NCBI GenBank assembly: GCA_012295275.1
Contig: CM022678.1
Coordinates: 11,780,001-11,844,000 of the forward strand
Source of the DNA: Chrysomallon squamiferum
Taxonomy: Eukaryota > Animalia > Mollusca
Direction: 5' to 3'
Length of the DNA: 64,000 nucleotides
Position numbers and translations under genes: made by a program
Shown here: positions 44,074-58,313 of the stretch, piece by piece
Numbering within the stretch: the stretch's first letter is position 1
How the letters are laid out: the number at the start of each line of letters is the position of its first letter
Notes under the pieces: model-generated
What the model saw: only the letters and a program-made list of their open reading frames with translations
Databases searched by the model: none
Told to the model about the DNA's origin: nothing

Positions 44074-44242
44074 AGAGCAGAGAAAATTATATTTTTATAT
44101 CGACAAGTCGTGAATTTAACCTTTGTGGAGAAAACGCTGCAGATAGATACAAACAGAGCAGAGAAAATAAGGTTTTTATAGCGATATCAACAAGTCGTGA
44201 ATTTAACCTTTGTGGTGAAAACAAACAGACAGATACAAACAG
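44074..44242. repeat. Two-copy ~85-bp tandem duplication
   Basis: AGAGCAGAGAAAAT...ACAAGTCGTGAATTTAACCTTTGTGG...AGATACAAAC present twice. Confidence 0.85.
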
Positions 44243-44796
44243 CTGTTAACAGCTGATAGTTTCAGAGCGGAGTGGAACGAGGAGGCGTGTTTGTCAGGCG
44301 ATTCACTCAACGTTACATTGAAGAATTTGCCGAGTTCGTTTTTCTACATGAATACAATCGATAATAATGTTTTGTATGTAAGTGCTCGGTGTGTATGTAG
44401 CAGTATGTTTGAGTGTATACTTATTTTTTTCTTGTTTTACGTTTATAGAATTACATATGTTGTTGTTTGTTGTTTGTAGCTTTATTTGTGTGTCTACATG
44501 TGTAGGTTTGTGTGTGTGTGTGTGTGTGTGTTTGTATCTCTGTAGACATGAGTACATATTAGAGTATATTAATTCTTTTACTTTCTTTCTTTCTATTTTG
44601 TTTTTATTTTTTTGTGTATATGCTGTATATATATATATTTGTTTTTTTAGGTTGTTTTTGTCGTGCGTGGTTTTGTCATATGTGTATCTAATGTGTATCT
44701 AATGTGTGTAATGTGTTACTATCACAAATATTAAAACTACTATTACTAAATAAATAAATAGGTAAGTAAGTAAGTAAATAAATAAATAGACAGATA

Positions 44797-44911
<115 letters not shown>

Positions 44912-45597
44912 GTAAGTAAGTAAAAGGAGTAATAAATAACTAGTCTCAGAGATTTTAAAATAAATACACTGAAAAATAATCTCCGAAAGAACGTTTATTT
45001 ACATATATGTTTTTTGCATTCATAAACACGTGCAAATGACAGCCTCGTTTTCAAATTGGCGTAACACAATAAATCGTCGGTTGTGTCGTATTCTGGCGGG
45101 AATCGAACTTAACCAGCAGACGTCAAAGTGCTTCGTTCTTTGCGGGGTCTTTATAAAGTCAAATCTCCCGATAATACTGGAATCAGTTTAAAAAATAATA
45201 ATGATGTATTTTTGTGTGTAATATTTTGGCTTCTGGTTTTTTTGTGGGGTTTTTCTAATTTTGTTTTGTTTTTGTTGCGAATGAAATATGTTTTCGCGTG
45301 GCTGGAAAAGAACTAAAGAAAAAAAAAAAAAAAAAACTTGTTTTTTCAAAACACGAAACGTTTGGTTATCGAGACTCATTTATCTTGCTCTCCTATTTGT
45401 ATACTATGTGGTTGCTATGACGACTGAAGATTCGAAACACTAACGACACAAAAATAAAATCTAAAGAGTATGATATTAAAATGAATGTAAATAAAATTAA
45501 AATAAAATACAAAATATAGACAGAGAGAAACTGATACAGATTAATAACACATGTAACAGGTATGTTAACAAAAATCTAATAACGTAAACAGATACAA

Positions 45598-46010
45598 ACA
45601 GCTAATAACGTATATGCTGACAGTTGTAAACAAACATAATAACGTACACGTTGACAGTTGTAAACAGCTAATAACGTATATGTTGACAGTTGTAAACAAA
45701 TATAATAACGTACACGTTGACAGTCATAAACAGCTAATAACGTATATGTTGACAGTTGTAAACAAACATAATAACGTACACGTTGACAGTTGTAAACAGC
45801 TAATAACGTATATGTTGACAGTTGTAAACAAATATAATAACGTACACGTTGACAGTTGTAAACAGCTAATAACGTATATGTTGACAGTTGTAAACAAACA
45901 TAATAACGTACACGTTGACAGTTGTAAACAGCTAATAACGTACACGTTGACAGTTGTAAACAGCTAATAACGTACACGTTGACAGTTGTAAACAGACAAT
46001 AACGTGTACG
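45598..46010. repeat. 66-bp dimeric (32+34) minisatellite
   Basis: CAGCTAATAACGTATATGTTGACAGTTGTAAA + CAAA(C/T)ATAATAACGTACACGTTGACAGTTGTAAA. Confidence 0.95.
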
Positions 46011-46823
46011 TCGACGTTAGTAAACAACTGTTAACGTAAATCAACTTTCGCTTTGAGCGTTCCGGCAAACTCCGAGCTTGTTTATCGAGTACGTAATCAG
46101 TTTCAGTGCAATAAACAACACCGAGCACGAGCTAATCAGTACTGTGTGTTACTTAGTAACGTACCACGTATCAGCTAAGTGCTTCTCGGTACTTCTGGCT
46201 GGTTGAAAACAAACACACCCGAATAAATTATCTGCATCACATTTTCAACGAACCCTTGTTAAAATTCGGCTGTTTTCGCCAATTTTCGTTCGGGTTTAGT
46301 CGGATTATTCCGAAATAATATAATATTCTAACTATGACGTGTGTATATTATTCTTTTTTTTTTCTTTTTCAGAAATTGTGGTTGGAACGGGAAATTATGA
46401 GCGATACAGTTTACATAGTTGTTAACTATTTCGACTAAACGGACAACGTCTGAACAAGCCTGTGTAGAGGCTTATTTACGTACAATTATCACGTGATTTT
46501 TAAAATCTTTGCCTGTAATATTTATTATCGAATGTTTACTGGTTATTTGTTACATTAACAGGCAAACAGACAGAAAGACACAAAAAAATATAAAGAATGA
46601 ATGAATGAATGAATGAACGAACGAACGAAAGAACTGGCAAACGAACGAATGAATCAGTTAACAAAACTAAGTTGATTAAAAAGTACAAAAAATCTTAACG
46701 CACAAACAGTAAGAAGAAATTATTTTATGAAAAACAAATAAATCGATAAAATGAATGAACGAAGGCGAGAAAGGACGAGCGATAAATAAACAAAGCAAGC
46801 AGACGAAGTGAACGAAGAATTAC

Positions 46824-46868
46824 CTCGAAGTCAGCGTCCGAATCCCGCGTCTCGGCAACCTCAGCCAT
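46824..46868 (-). CDS. Candidate first coding exon (1a) of the calmodulin-like gene
   Basis: AGAATGG start context, 15 open codons MAEVAETRDSDADFE, donor GAG|GTAATT in phase 0, matching the phase-0 acceptor at 28750. Confidence 0.55.
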
Positions 46869-47172
46869 TCTCGTAACAGCGCGTGCAGCACAGCGCGAGC
46901 GATTTAATAGACTGGTATTAACATAAACGGCGCCGAGTTACACGTGTAGTGCCATTGTCATTAACACAGACAACCAGTCTATTGTAGCAGATATGAATTA
47001 TTCTAGCCGATGAAACGTATTACAGGTTTTTTGTGAACAGAACAAACCGCCACGCGTAAAGTACCCAGTGAATCAGGCTCCGCGCAGTGGTCGATACCGC
47101 CGTTTTCTCGTCCATTGTTCGTCTCTTCAGTATTCCGTCATCGTGTTATATCGATGTGTGTATGTGTGAGTG

Positions 47173-47244
<72 letters not shown>

Positions 47245-47427
47245 TGTGTGTGTGTGTGTGAATGTTTATATATATATATGTATGTCTATAGCTAGTGTGT
47301 ATGTATGTATGTCTGTATGCATATATATGTGTGTGTATGTGTGTGTGGTCTATCTATATATCTGTCTGTCTATATATCTATGTATCTATGTATGTGTACA
47401 CATATATATATATATACACACACACAC

Positions 47428-47473
<46 letters not shown>

Positions 47474-47629
47474 ATGGCTGTAGTAGTATTTGTGTTGCTA
47501 ACAGATATGGTTACTCCCCTCACATTTCTTTGTTCTTTTCTCAGATGATGTTAACTCTCTTTAAAATCTACAAACTTTCAAAACGTTCATAAAGAACACT
47601 AAAACAGGGTCCAGCCAACAGTAAGTGGT

Positions 47630-47632
47630 ATA

Positions 47633-47680
<48 letters not shown>

Positions 47681-47857
47681 TAGATAGACAGACAGATAGA
47701 TAGACAGATAGATGGATAGATAGTCAGACAGATAGATAGATATATAGATAGATAGATAGACAGATAAATAGATAGACAGATAGATAGATAGATAGAGAGA
47801 TAAATAGATAGATAGATAGATAGATAGACAGATAGATAGATAGATAGATAGATAGAT

Positions 47858-47890
<33 letters not shown>

Positions 47891-48116
47891 TAGATAGATA
47901 GATAGATAGATATACAGATAAATAGATAGATAGATAGACAGACAGATACAAAGATAGAGATAGATAGATAGATAGATATATAGACAGATAGATAGATAAA
48001 TAGATAAATATATAGATAGATAGACAGATAAATAGACAGATAGATAGATATATAGATAGATAGACAGATAGATAGATATATAGATAGATAGACAGATAGA
48101 TAGATAGACAGATAAA

Positions 48117-48156
<40 letters not shown>

Positions 48157-48245
48157 TAGATAAATAGATAGACAGATATATAGAGAGACAGACAGATAGA
48201 TAGACAGATAAATAGATAGATAGATGGATGGATAGGCAGACAGAC
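47630..48245. repeat. (GATA)n/(GACA)n compound microsatellite
   Basis: Direct reading. Confidence 0.95.
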
Positions 48246-49615
48246 AAGCAGAAAGACAGAGAGAAACGGCATTGAATCAGAGCAATTAACTTTACAGATT
48301 ATTTATATTTATGTATATATGTATGTATGTATGTATGTATATATATGTATGTGTTTATGTCTATGTCTATGTATACATATGTCTATGTCTATCTATATAT
48401 GTGTGTATATGTATCTGTATATATGCATGTGTGTATATATATGTGTATGTGTGTGTATGTGTGTGTATGTGTGTGTCTGTGTGTGTGCATACATATAATA
48501 TATAAAACATAAACTGGGAATTATTAAAGTTCTCACATATCTTTTTGTGTTGGTTATAAAGCTTCGATCCAACAGTGTAATTTGTAATAACGATTCGCAG
48601 GTGCTCGTTAGGTAATCTGATTGTTTAAAACTTATTTGTGTCATGTTTATTTTGTCAGGGAGACAAACAAAGAGACGTGATAAACGAACAAACATAATAA
48701 TAATTATTATGATGACGACGACAAAACAACAACAACAACAACAATAAGAAGAATAAGAATAAGAATAATTTTTTAGTAATGTTCATTAGGTTATATTATA
48801 CACATACATACATACATACATACCTACCTACATACATACTTCATAGATACATATAAATACACTAAGATAATTACATAGACACATATTTATATACATGTCT
48901 CTCTCTCTTTGTCATCTAAGTGAGAGCGAAACAGAGAGACAGAGAGACATAAATTATATATTATATATACATATACATTTTAGTAGTAATTAAAAGTAAA
49001 GTTGTATGTTGCAGAAGGAAAAAAGACATCGTGGAAAACGACAGGTGTCAACTGAAATAAAAGACAAATAAGAAAGGAACAACAACAGCATTATTTCAGG
49101 TAATTACAGGTGTGACCTGTTACCTGGTTACGGCAATTGATTATTACAGGTAATTACAGGTATGACGTGTAGCTGCTTGCACTAATTGATTATTACAGGT
49201 AATTACTAACGTAAGATCTGTTACCTGGATACACTAATTGGTCAGCTGATCATCTCAACTGAAGGTTACTATGGTGTAAAATAACCTCTGATATTTCATC
49301 GATACTAGCCACTGTCCACTTTTAGCCATTATCTAATTGGTCAAATTTATTGTGATTATTTAATTAGTCGTCATGGCTGCCTCGCTTCTAATTGGTCATT
49401 GTTAATGACCGCTGTTTATCTAATCATGGTCAGTTTATATAGCCATTGGTCATCCTAGCTGGTCGTTAATTATCTGCGTTATCGTGAAGACCAGTGTCCA
49501 GAAACGTCAGTTTCATTCTGAATGAATTTATTTCTTTCACTGTCTCCATTTTAAATAAACGTCCATTTATTTCACTCTTTATTTCTTCCTCATGCGTAAT
49601 CTACTGTATCGAAAC

Positions 49616-49718
<103 letters not shown>

Positions 49719-50130
49719 TTAAGAACTGGAAGACTGATCGTGTTATTAACAAGGTGATAATAATGATGAGAGAGAGAGAGAGAGAGCGGGAGGAGAGAGG
49801 CAGAGGAGATGATGATAATGATTTGATGATGATAATGATTTGATGATAATGATTTGATGATGATAATGATGTGATGATAATAATGCTGCTGCTGCTGCTT
49901 TGGTGATGATGATAACGATTATATTAATGATGTAATGCTAATGATGCGATAACAATGATATTAACACTGTTGATGATGACGATGATGATAATCTGGACGA
50001 TAGTGATGATAATTTCTATTCTGATCACAGAGAACAAGATTTACGATTATTAAAATAACAAAAATGAATATAAATGTATCAGCACTATTTTTTTATTTTG
50101 TTATAGCAGCAACAGCAGCAACAATAGGAA

Positions 50131-50163
<33 letters not shown>

Positions 50164-50427
50164 CAGCAGTAGTAGCAGTAGTAAATACATTAAAAAGTTA
50201 TTAGATTAAATCAAATTTAAACATTTACGTTTTAAAGAATTTCAATGGAGATTTTTTTAGTGAAATTAACAACATTTTCCTTTAGCTTATTTAATATGAT
50301 TTTAAAATGTCTTTTCAAAGCTCAAAGGAAACAAATTAAATCTGGTCTTTGATTGGTTGATTTTCCTCGACAATTTGAAACAGCCTTTACTGGTCTTTCA
50401 ATCGAAACACAGGAAACAAAAACGAGC

Positions 50428-50441
50428 GCGCCTCCTGGTGG
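50428..50441 (-). promoter_or_regulatory. CTCF-like motif
   Basis: Minus strand CCACCAGGAGGCGC. Confidence 0.55.
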
Positions 50442-51144
50442 GAATACCACGAAACAAGCAAGATAATTCTCTTCATGAATATATTATAAGCAATCATGCA
50501 TACTTGGCTATTGTACCGGTCCCGGTAGGCAGGATACTTGATAATTTGTCGCAGAAAATTAGCAATGTGCACGACAAGCTGACAAACAGACTGGCAGCCG
50601 GTCATGTGTTAGCTATTGTAGAGTTATTATTTATTAAACGGCGCTTCACAAAGGGCACCAGTCGTTGATGCACGCGCTGGGACGTGACGTAAACAAACAT
50701 ACGTCATCAAACCATTGTTTTGATTTTTGGTTGCTATTTGTAAAACATACGCGAAATCGGAGACTAAGACTGAACCTCGGCGACATAGAAACTAATCCAC
50801 CGTCTCCCAGCGCGTCATATACAAGCACAGATAAACATTCGAATGGCTAGATGGACCGATAGACATAATTGTATTGTTACATGCGGGCGTACAGAAAGAG
50901 ACAGAACAGAAGATAAACGTACACACAGACATAACAGACTGACTGATAGATTGGTACAGAGACAAAGGCAGATATAAATAAACAGACAAGTATACAAACA
51001 GAAAGACACAGAGAAAGATAGACAGATAGTTATGTAGATGCAAACATTATGAATAGATACACAGATATTCAGAGAACCATAAGTAAATACATGTATAGAT
51101 AAATAATTCAGACAGACAAACAGAAAGATAGATATGTAACAGAT

Positions 51145-51217
<73 letters not shown>

Positions 51218-51226
51218 GAGAGAGAG

Positions 51227-51324
<98 letters not shown>

Positions 51325-51897
51325 ATCACTATGATATCAGATTACAAGCTGTACAGTATTGTGTATGTTACAACAATCGTATTGATTTTTCTTTCATCGA
51401 TTAACAAAGTTACTACACATGAAACGCGACGTGCTTTATTCACGATGTAACAGGAGTTAGTTCCCTTTGTTCAGAAAATCATCGAAGTGTTATACATAAT
51501 TTAAAACTTTAAAACGTTATTATTACCACCAACAAAAATAATTATAACATCAACAAACAACAATAATAGTATCGATAACAACTAAAGAAACAATAGCAGC
51601 AGAAGCAATTTACAACAGCCACAACATAATAAGAACAGTGACAATACTTATTATTATTATTATTATTATTATTGTTATCAGTTATTGTTATTATTATTTT
51701 ATTTTTATTGTTATTATTATTATTAACATTATCGTTATTATTATTATTATTATTATTTTATTATCATTATTATTATTACTGTTATTATTGTAATCATTAT
51801 TGTTGTTGTTGTTGTTATTATTAATTTTCTACAAAATGATTAAAAGATTTTTGTACACATTATACTGTTTTAGTTAATGAAACAGGGCAGCACTTAC

Positions 51898-51972
51898 CTT
51901 TTTTATTTCTACTTGACTCGAGTCACGTGTACAGGTAGAATTTTTCGACGTACTGCTGCTAGGTGACGTCAT
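51898..51972 (-). CDS. Candidate alternative first coding exon (1b) of the calmodulin-like gene
   Basis: AAGATGA start, 25 open codons MTSPSSSTSKNSTCTRDSSQVEIKK, consensus donor AAG|GTAAGT in phase 0. Confidence 0.5.
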
Positions 51973-53420
51973 CTTGTACGTCCACAGTTCTGTCTGTCTG
52001 TCTGTCTGTTTGTCTGTTTTCCAGACAGCGCCTTTTATTTTTGTTAATATTTATTTATTTTATTTTAATATATTTTATTTTATTTAATTTTAATTTTGAT
52101 TTTAATGTTAATTAACTTATATACTTATTTATTGTTATTGCTATTATTTTTTTTCATTTTGTTTTTCTATTTGTTTTGTTTTGTTTAAATTTAGATAAAA
52201 GGTTTTCGTCAGTTTCTTTTCAACAAGCTGTAAGCAGATTGTATCTGAAATGTAAAAACGTACACATTTCACTGATGAAGTACAATAAAGCTATTATTAT
52301 ATGCGTAATGTTAATTTTATAAAGACAAATAATTACTTTTAGTTACTGAATATAGCAGACTAACCTATGTTAATTTGAATAAAGTGGTGAATGAAATAAA
52401 TACAAGCAAAACACGATAATGGAATAATTGTGAATAAATTAAAGTATATGAAATTATGAATAAAACATAGTACAACGAAACTTTAGTTGAAATAATCATA
52501 AATATTAGATGATTATGAAAAAAATACTATAGTATAATTATGAATAAAATAAATATGGCGAAATAATTATGAATAAAGGTATATAATGAAATCATTACAG
52601 ATAAATTCTTTGTATTAAAATAATTATAAATAAAAATGATACTGAATAACTGTGAATAAAATAAATATATTAAATAACTGTGTAGTAATATAATTAAATA
52701 ATTGTGGATAAAGTGAAATATGTTGCATAATAATGTAAAAACAAATTCACCAAAGTTTACTGAAATGTTTATGAATCAAATAGTTTGCGATCGTACAGTG
52801 AAAAAAAAAGTAGAATATTCTAAAATGGTTATAATTAGCAGTTATTGAATTAAATCAAATATATATATATATATATATATACTGTCCACAGTATCATGAG
52901 CTATATAAAAAAAATAATAGTATCAAACCTACTAAAATGATTAACATAAAAAAATACTTGATGACGTCATATAATTAAAATATCTATGAATAAAATCCAA
53001 AACTCACATTTATGTGTATATTTCATAAAGAAAGATGTTTCCAAACTAATACAAATTTGTGTAAAATCCTTCTAAAAATAATTATTACTTTTGAGAATTT
53101 CTCGTTAAGTGTGAATATTACTGGAATTCTTGCGCCCGCCTGTTCAAACTGGTCTGTGCAAATTGTCTGCGTTTGAACTCGCGTTTTTTCACTTTATTGT
53201 TGCTGCAAAGCTTATTATATTTTAATTGCCACGATGTTCTGCACTGCAGCCATCACGTGGCTTTGTTTTGTGTTCACTTTGCTGTGACGACAACGACGTG
53301 GCTGCTGGTGCATGTGTTTTGAAAACCGAGCTGGCGGCAGATGTCACAAAGTCTGCAGAGAGAGAAGTAAACACAGCTGTCTCCTGTGCGTGTTTTAGTG
53401 ACTGTTAACTCTTTGCGTAA

Positions 53421-53511
53421 GTGTGTGTGTACGTGTGTGTGAGTGTGTGCGTGTGTGTGAGTGTGTGCGTGCGTTTGATAGTATGTATGTATGTATATAT
53501 GTATGTATGTA

Positions 53512-53542
<31 letters not shown>

Positions 53543-53607
53543 GTGTGTATGTATGTATGTATGTATGTATGTATGTGTGTGTATGTATGTATGTATGTAT
53601 GTATGTA

Positions 53608-53640
<33 letters not shown>

Positions 53641-53832
53641 ATGTGTGTATGTATGTATGTATGTGTGTATGTATGTATGTATGTATGTATGTATGTATGT
53701 ATGTATGTATGTGTATGTATGTATGTATGTATGTATGTATGTATGTATGTATGTATGTATGTATGTATGTATGTATGTGTATGTATGTATGTATGTATGT
53801 ATGTGTATGTATGTATGTATGTATGTATGTGT
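53421..53832. repeat. (GT)n/(GTAT)n microsatellite
   Basis: Direct reading. Confidence 0.95.
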
Positions 53833-53882
53833 TTATAATATTGCTACGGTTTGCTGCTTTCCAGCCTGAATATGCTTGAACA

Positions 53883-54237
53883 TTTCGTTAATTAGTAAGA
53901 TTTTAAAGATCGAAAATTTTCATTTTATTAATGTCTTTCCTTTTTTTCTTTCTTTTCTTTTTTTTCTTTTTTATTTATTTTTATTTATATTTTTCTGTTT
54001 CATGCGCAATTCAAATTAATTAAAATATACAAAAAATATTTTCCTTGACTATTTAGATGTTACATACTTTCATACTATCCCCAAAAAAAATATAATAATA
54101 AAAAATAAATAAATAAATAAAAGAAGAAAAGAAAAAAAGACAAGAAAAAAGAAAAAGAAAATAAAGACAAAAGAAAAAAGGGAAAACATTAATAAAATGA
54201 AAATGTTCGATCTTTAAAATCTTACTAATTAACGAAA
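53883..54237. repeat. Long inverted repeat (foldback / MITE-like)
   Basis: TTTCGTTAATTAGTAAGATTTTAAAGATCGAAAATTTTCATTTTATTAATGT at 53883 is mirrored by its near-perfect reverse complement ending at 54237; T-rich and A-rich tracts extend the arms. Confidence 0.88.
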
Positions 54238-54890
54238 GTCTTTTTTATTTAACTTTTATTTAAACACACACACACCCAAACATACACACGTCACAGAATA
54301 TACAGACAGACTTACACACAGAGGTACACACGTCACAGAATATACAGACAGACTTGCACACAGACATACATAGAAACGGAAGAGCGAAAACACATATGTT
54401 TCTATTTCTTTTTTTCTTTTTGAATTCTATTAATATTCTTATTCTGCATCTCTCTTTTTTCACTTTATTTTCTCTCGCAAATTCTTTGTGAAAAACACGA
54501 TAAAAAAGAAAGAAAAGAAAACGAAACAAAAGCTGTTTAAATTTTAATGAAGTTATATCAAGCATCGCCACCGTTTTGTATTTTTTCTTCTTTATAAAAC
54601 AACATGCAAACAGGAGCGCATCGTTCAGTTAACATAATTAATTAATTAGTCTTCACAAGAGAAACTTTAGAAAAATACCATTAGCTATTAATTCCACAAC
54701 TCTCATTTCTTTAGCGTTTGTTAACGGAAAAAAACTGTTTACGAGGTGAAGGTCACAGAATGAAAGGTCAGTAGGTTAATCTGCGTTATGACATGTATGG
54801 GTGGCTACAGTTCAGCTTTTCTTTATGTTGTTGTTGATGATGATGTTGTTGTTACTGTCGTTATTATAATCATAACATATATATATATAT

Positions 54891-54944
<54 letters not shown>

Positions 54945-55801
54945 TTACTCTACATACACATAAATAGCTAAGACAAAGACCTAATCAAATGCACTAATAC
55001 ATCAAGTGAAAGCATACAAAACATTTATTCTTTTGTTCACAGTATCAAACACAAATCAAACTTTTCTATCAATCTCTGTTATATATAGGTGTGTGATTGT
55101 TTTCGTCTGTATGCGTTCGTATGTATATGTATGTAAGTGTGAACATGTTATGCATATGTGTATTTATATTTGCATTAACATGTGTATATATGTATGTATG
55201 TATGTATGTGTGCGTGTGTGTATGTGTCTGTATGTGTGTGTGTATATATATATATGCATGTGTAAATGGAAGCAGATTACAGAGTTTGTGTAAAGTAGTT
55301 TGTGACGCAAGACTGATCAGATAAAACTAAATGAAACTGCTAAACGCTGACACAAACATGAAGTCATGGTCCAATGGATAGCGCGCTTGTTTATCACGTG
55401 ACAGCTCCCAATGTCAGCCCGTGACGTAGTCACTAGTGTCAGATTATGTACTTTTCATAAAACAGCAGGGAAATCTTAGAGGAAAAGCAGACACTGGAAA
55501 TACCGATGTGTGACCGCGACTTTAAAACAAAACAAAACAAACCTTGTAGTTTATGAAACCAATATTGGTTTAATGATTTTTGTGTGTGTACCTTTAATGA
55601 ATAATCAACTAATTATATACACACGTTTTGTTTTTCTAGAATCTCTATTATTTATCAGTTTAGATAATTTGCCTTTTAATAGTTGTTGTTAAATCAGTAT
55701 TGACTGCTTGCTGTAGTTATGGCAATAGTAGTAGTAGTAGGCGATAATAGTAGCAGATGCAGATGTAGTAGTAGCAGTAGTCGTATTAGGATTAATAGTA
55801 G

Positions 55802-55832
<31 letters not shown>

Positions 55833-56699
55833 TATTGATGATATGTTTAAATCTACAATGAACTTTTAAAATATAATTATTCTGTAATGATTGACGGCCT
55901 CAAAATATAAAGTTTAATTTAAAGTTTTATTTCAGTTTGCACTTTTATTTGTTTGTATGTATGTATTTATGTCTGTATGCGTGTGTGTGTGTGTGTGGGG
56001 GGGGGTGTTTGTGTATGTATGTATGTATGTGTATATATATATATATATATACATATATCCTTTTCCTTTCTTAAATTTACTACTATTATTTATTCTTTCC
56101 TTCATTCATTCTTTCAGTCGTTCTTTCTCTCTCTCTTTCTTTCTTAGACATAAATATCAAAAAACAAAAACAAAGCTGCGTCACTTACTACGAGTAATAA
56201 TAAAAACTTTCGATTAATTAAACCTTAAAGTTTCTGCAGGCTGGAGTCGAGTGTTTTCCCTGGCTTCCACGCAGAGTTTGTTATCTGTCACTGCAAACTG
56301 GTTTATTGCTTGACGAACGAAAACGTAGCTTCCCATCTGAGTCGTATGTCTGTGTGTCTGTGAGTGTTTGTGTCGTGTGTGTTTTGGTAGATATTTATTA
56401 GTGTCTGTTATGTTTTCTCTGTATTTATTAGTGTCTGTATATTTTTATGAATAAAAGTGGGTGTATCTTTCTATGTATTTATCCAACCCTCCATCCATCC
56501 ATCTCTCTGTCTGTATATCTGCCTATATGATTGTCTCTCTGCCTATCTGTCTATCTCTCTATATTTCTATCTATATCTATATCTATCTATCTATCTACAT
56601 CTCTCTATCTATCTATCTATCTATTTATCTATCTGTCTATCTATATCTGTATGTATCTATGGATCTAGATATCTTGTACCAAGATACACAAACGTCTTT

Positions 56700-56790
<91 letters not shown>

Positions 56791-57357
56791 TGTGTTCGTG
56801 TGTTTACATTTCTCTGTAGATTTGATATATACACAACTATCAGATATTAACTGTAGCTAACAGAAAACAAGAAATGAAAAGAGTGGGTATTTTTTTAATC
56901 TATGATTTTGTACTTCGTCTACCTTCAATCAGTTTATTGGTGAACCTCGCTAAGCGTGTCTCAGAAAAAACAGCAATTACTACTCAGTAAAATCTTCTCT
57001 TTTTTATCTTATTTTTTTATTATTACTATTTTTTTATTTTTTTATTTCACTTTTAAGTTTTTGTGATTTTTTAATTTGATTTTGATATTTCTGTCGATTT
57101 TTTTATTTTTTGTTTTGAGGTTGTTTGATTTTTTTCTGAAAAATTATTTCGTAGTTTGTATTCATCTTTCTTTCTTCGGTTCTTTAAGTGCCTCTCTCTT
57201 TCATGTCTCTTTCTGTTTGTACTTTCATTTCTTCATTTCCTTGTCCATTCTATTATTTCTACTTATTATTTCTTTTTTGTATCCGTCTCTTTCATTGTAT
57301 GTCGAACTGACTTTGTCTCTCTGTATATCTGTCCTCCTACCTACCTATCTATCTATA

Positions 57358-57444
<87 letters not shown>

Positions 57445-57464
57445 ATATCTATCTACCTACCTAC

Positions 57465-57497
<33 letters not shown>

Positions 57498-57566
57498 AAT
57501 CCTTCTATCTGTCTCTCTGTCTGTTTGTCTGTAATCTATCTATCTGTTTATCTATGTATCTATTTA

Positions 57567-57641
<75 letters not shown>

Positions 57642-58209
57642 GTCTGTCTATTTGTCTATCAGTATATATATTCGTCTATATATCTGTCTGTTTATTTATC
57701 TAGTTATTTACGTATCAATCTGTATCAGTTTGTCAGTCTAGAAATGAATTTCGTTATCACAAATGACAGGAAGAGACAGCGATACATCACCGATTAGCCT
57801 AATTTTCTGTATTCAGCTAATTACAGGTCGCCATTTCATGTACTCGACTGCTGTACAGAAAATCGTTTGTTTCAGCACAAAGACAAAAGTTCTCTGTGTA
57901 AAAACTTCAGTGTTCTCAAATACACCTCAGCCATTTTTGTTTTTCACTTTAATTCAGATTTTCAGCTGTTTTCACTTTCATTCAGTGAATGATTTGAAGT
58001 AGGCTTCTGTATTCTGTAACTCGGAGAAGCGAGTGAAAATGCAACTAAAACAAGACTGAGATAAAAACAAACAGTTGGCTAGATTTGAGTGTGTGTCTGT
58101 CTTACTGTATGTTTGTATATCTGCGTTAGTTAATCTTTCATACGTCCTCACGTTATTTCTTCTTTATCTTTCTGTTTCTCTTTGTATCTATCTGACTGTC
58201 TGTCTCTCC

Positions 58210-58313
<104 letters not shown>

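Noticed and set aside
45576-45977. 22-aa repeat ORFs on both strands
   Set aside because: By-product of the 66-bp repeat period.
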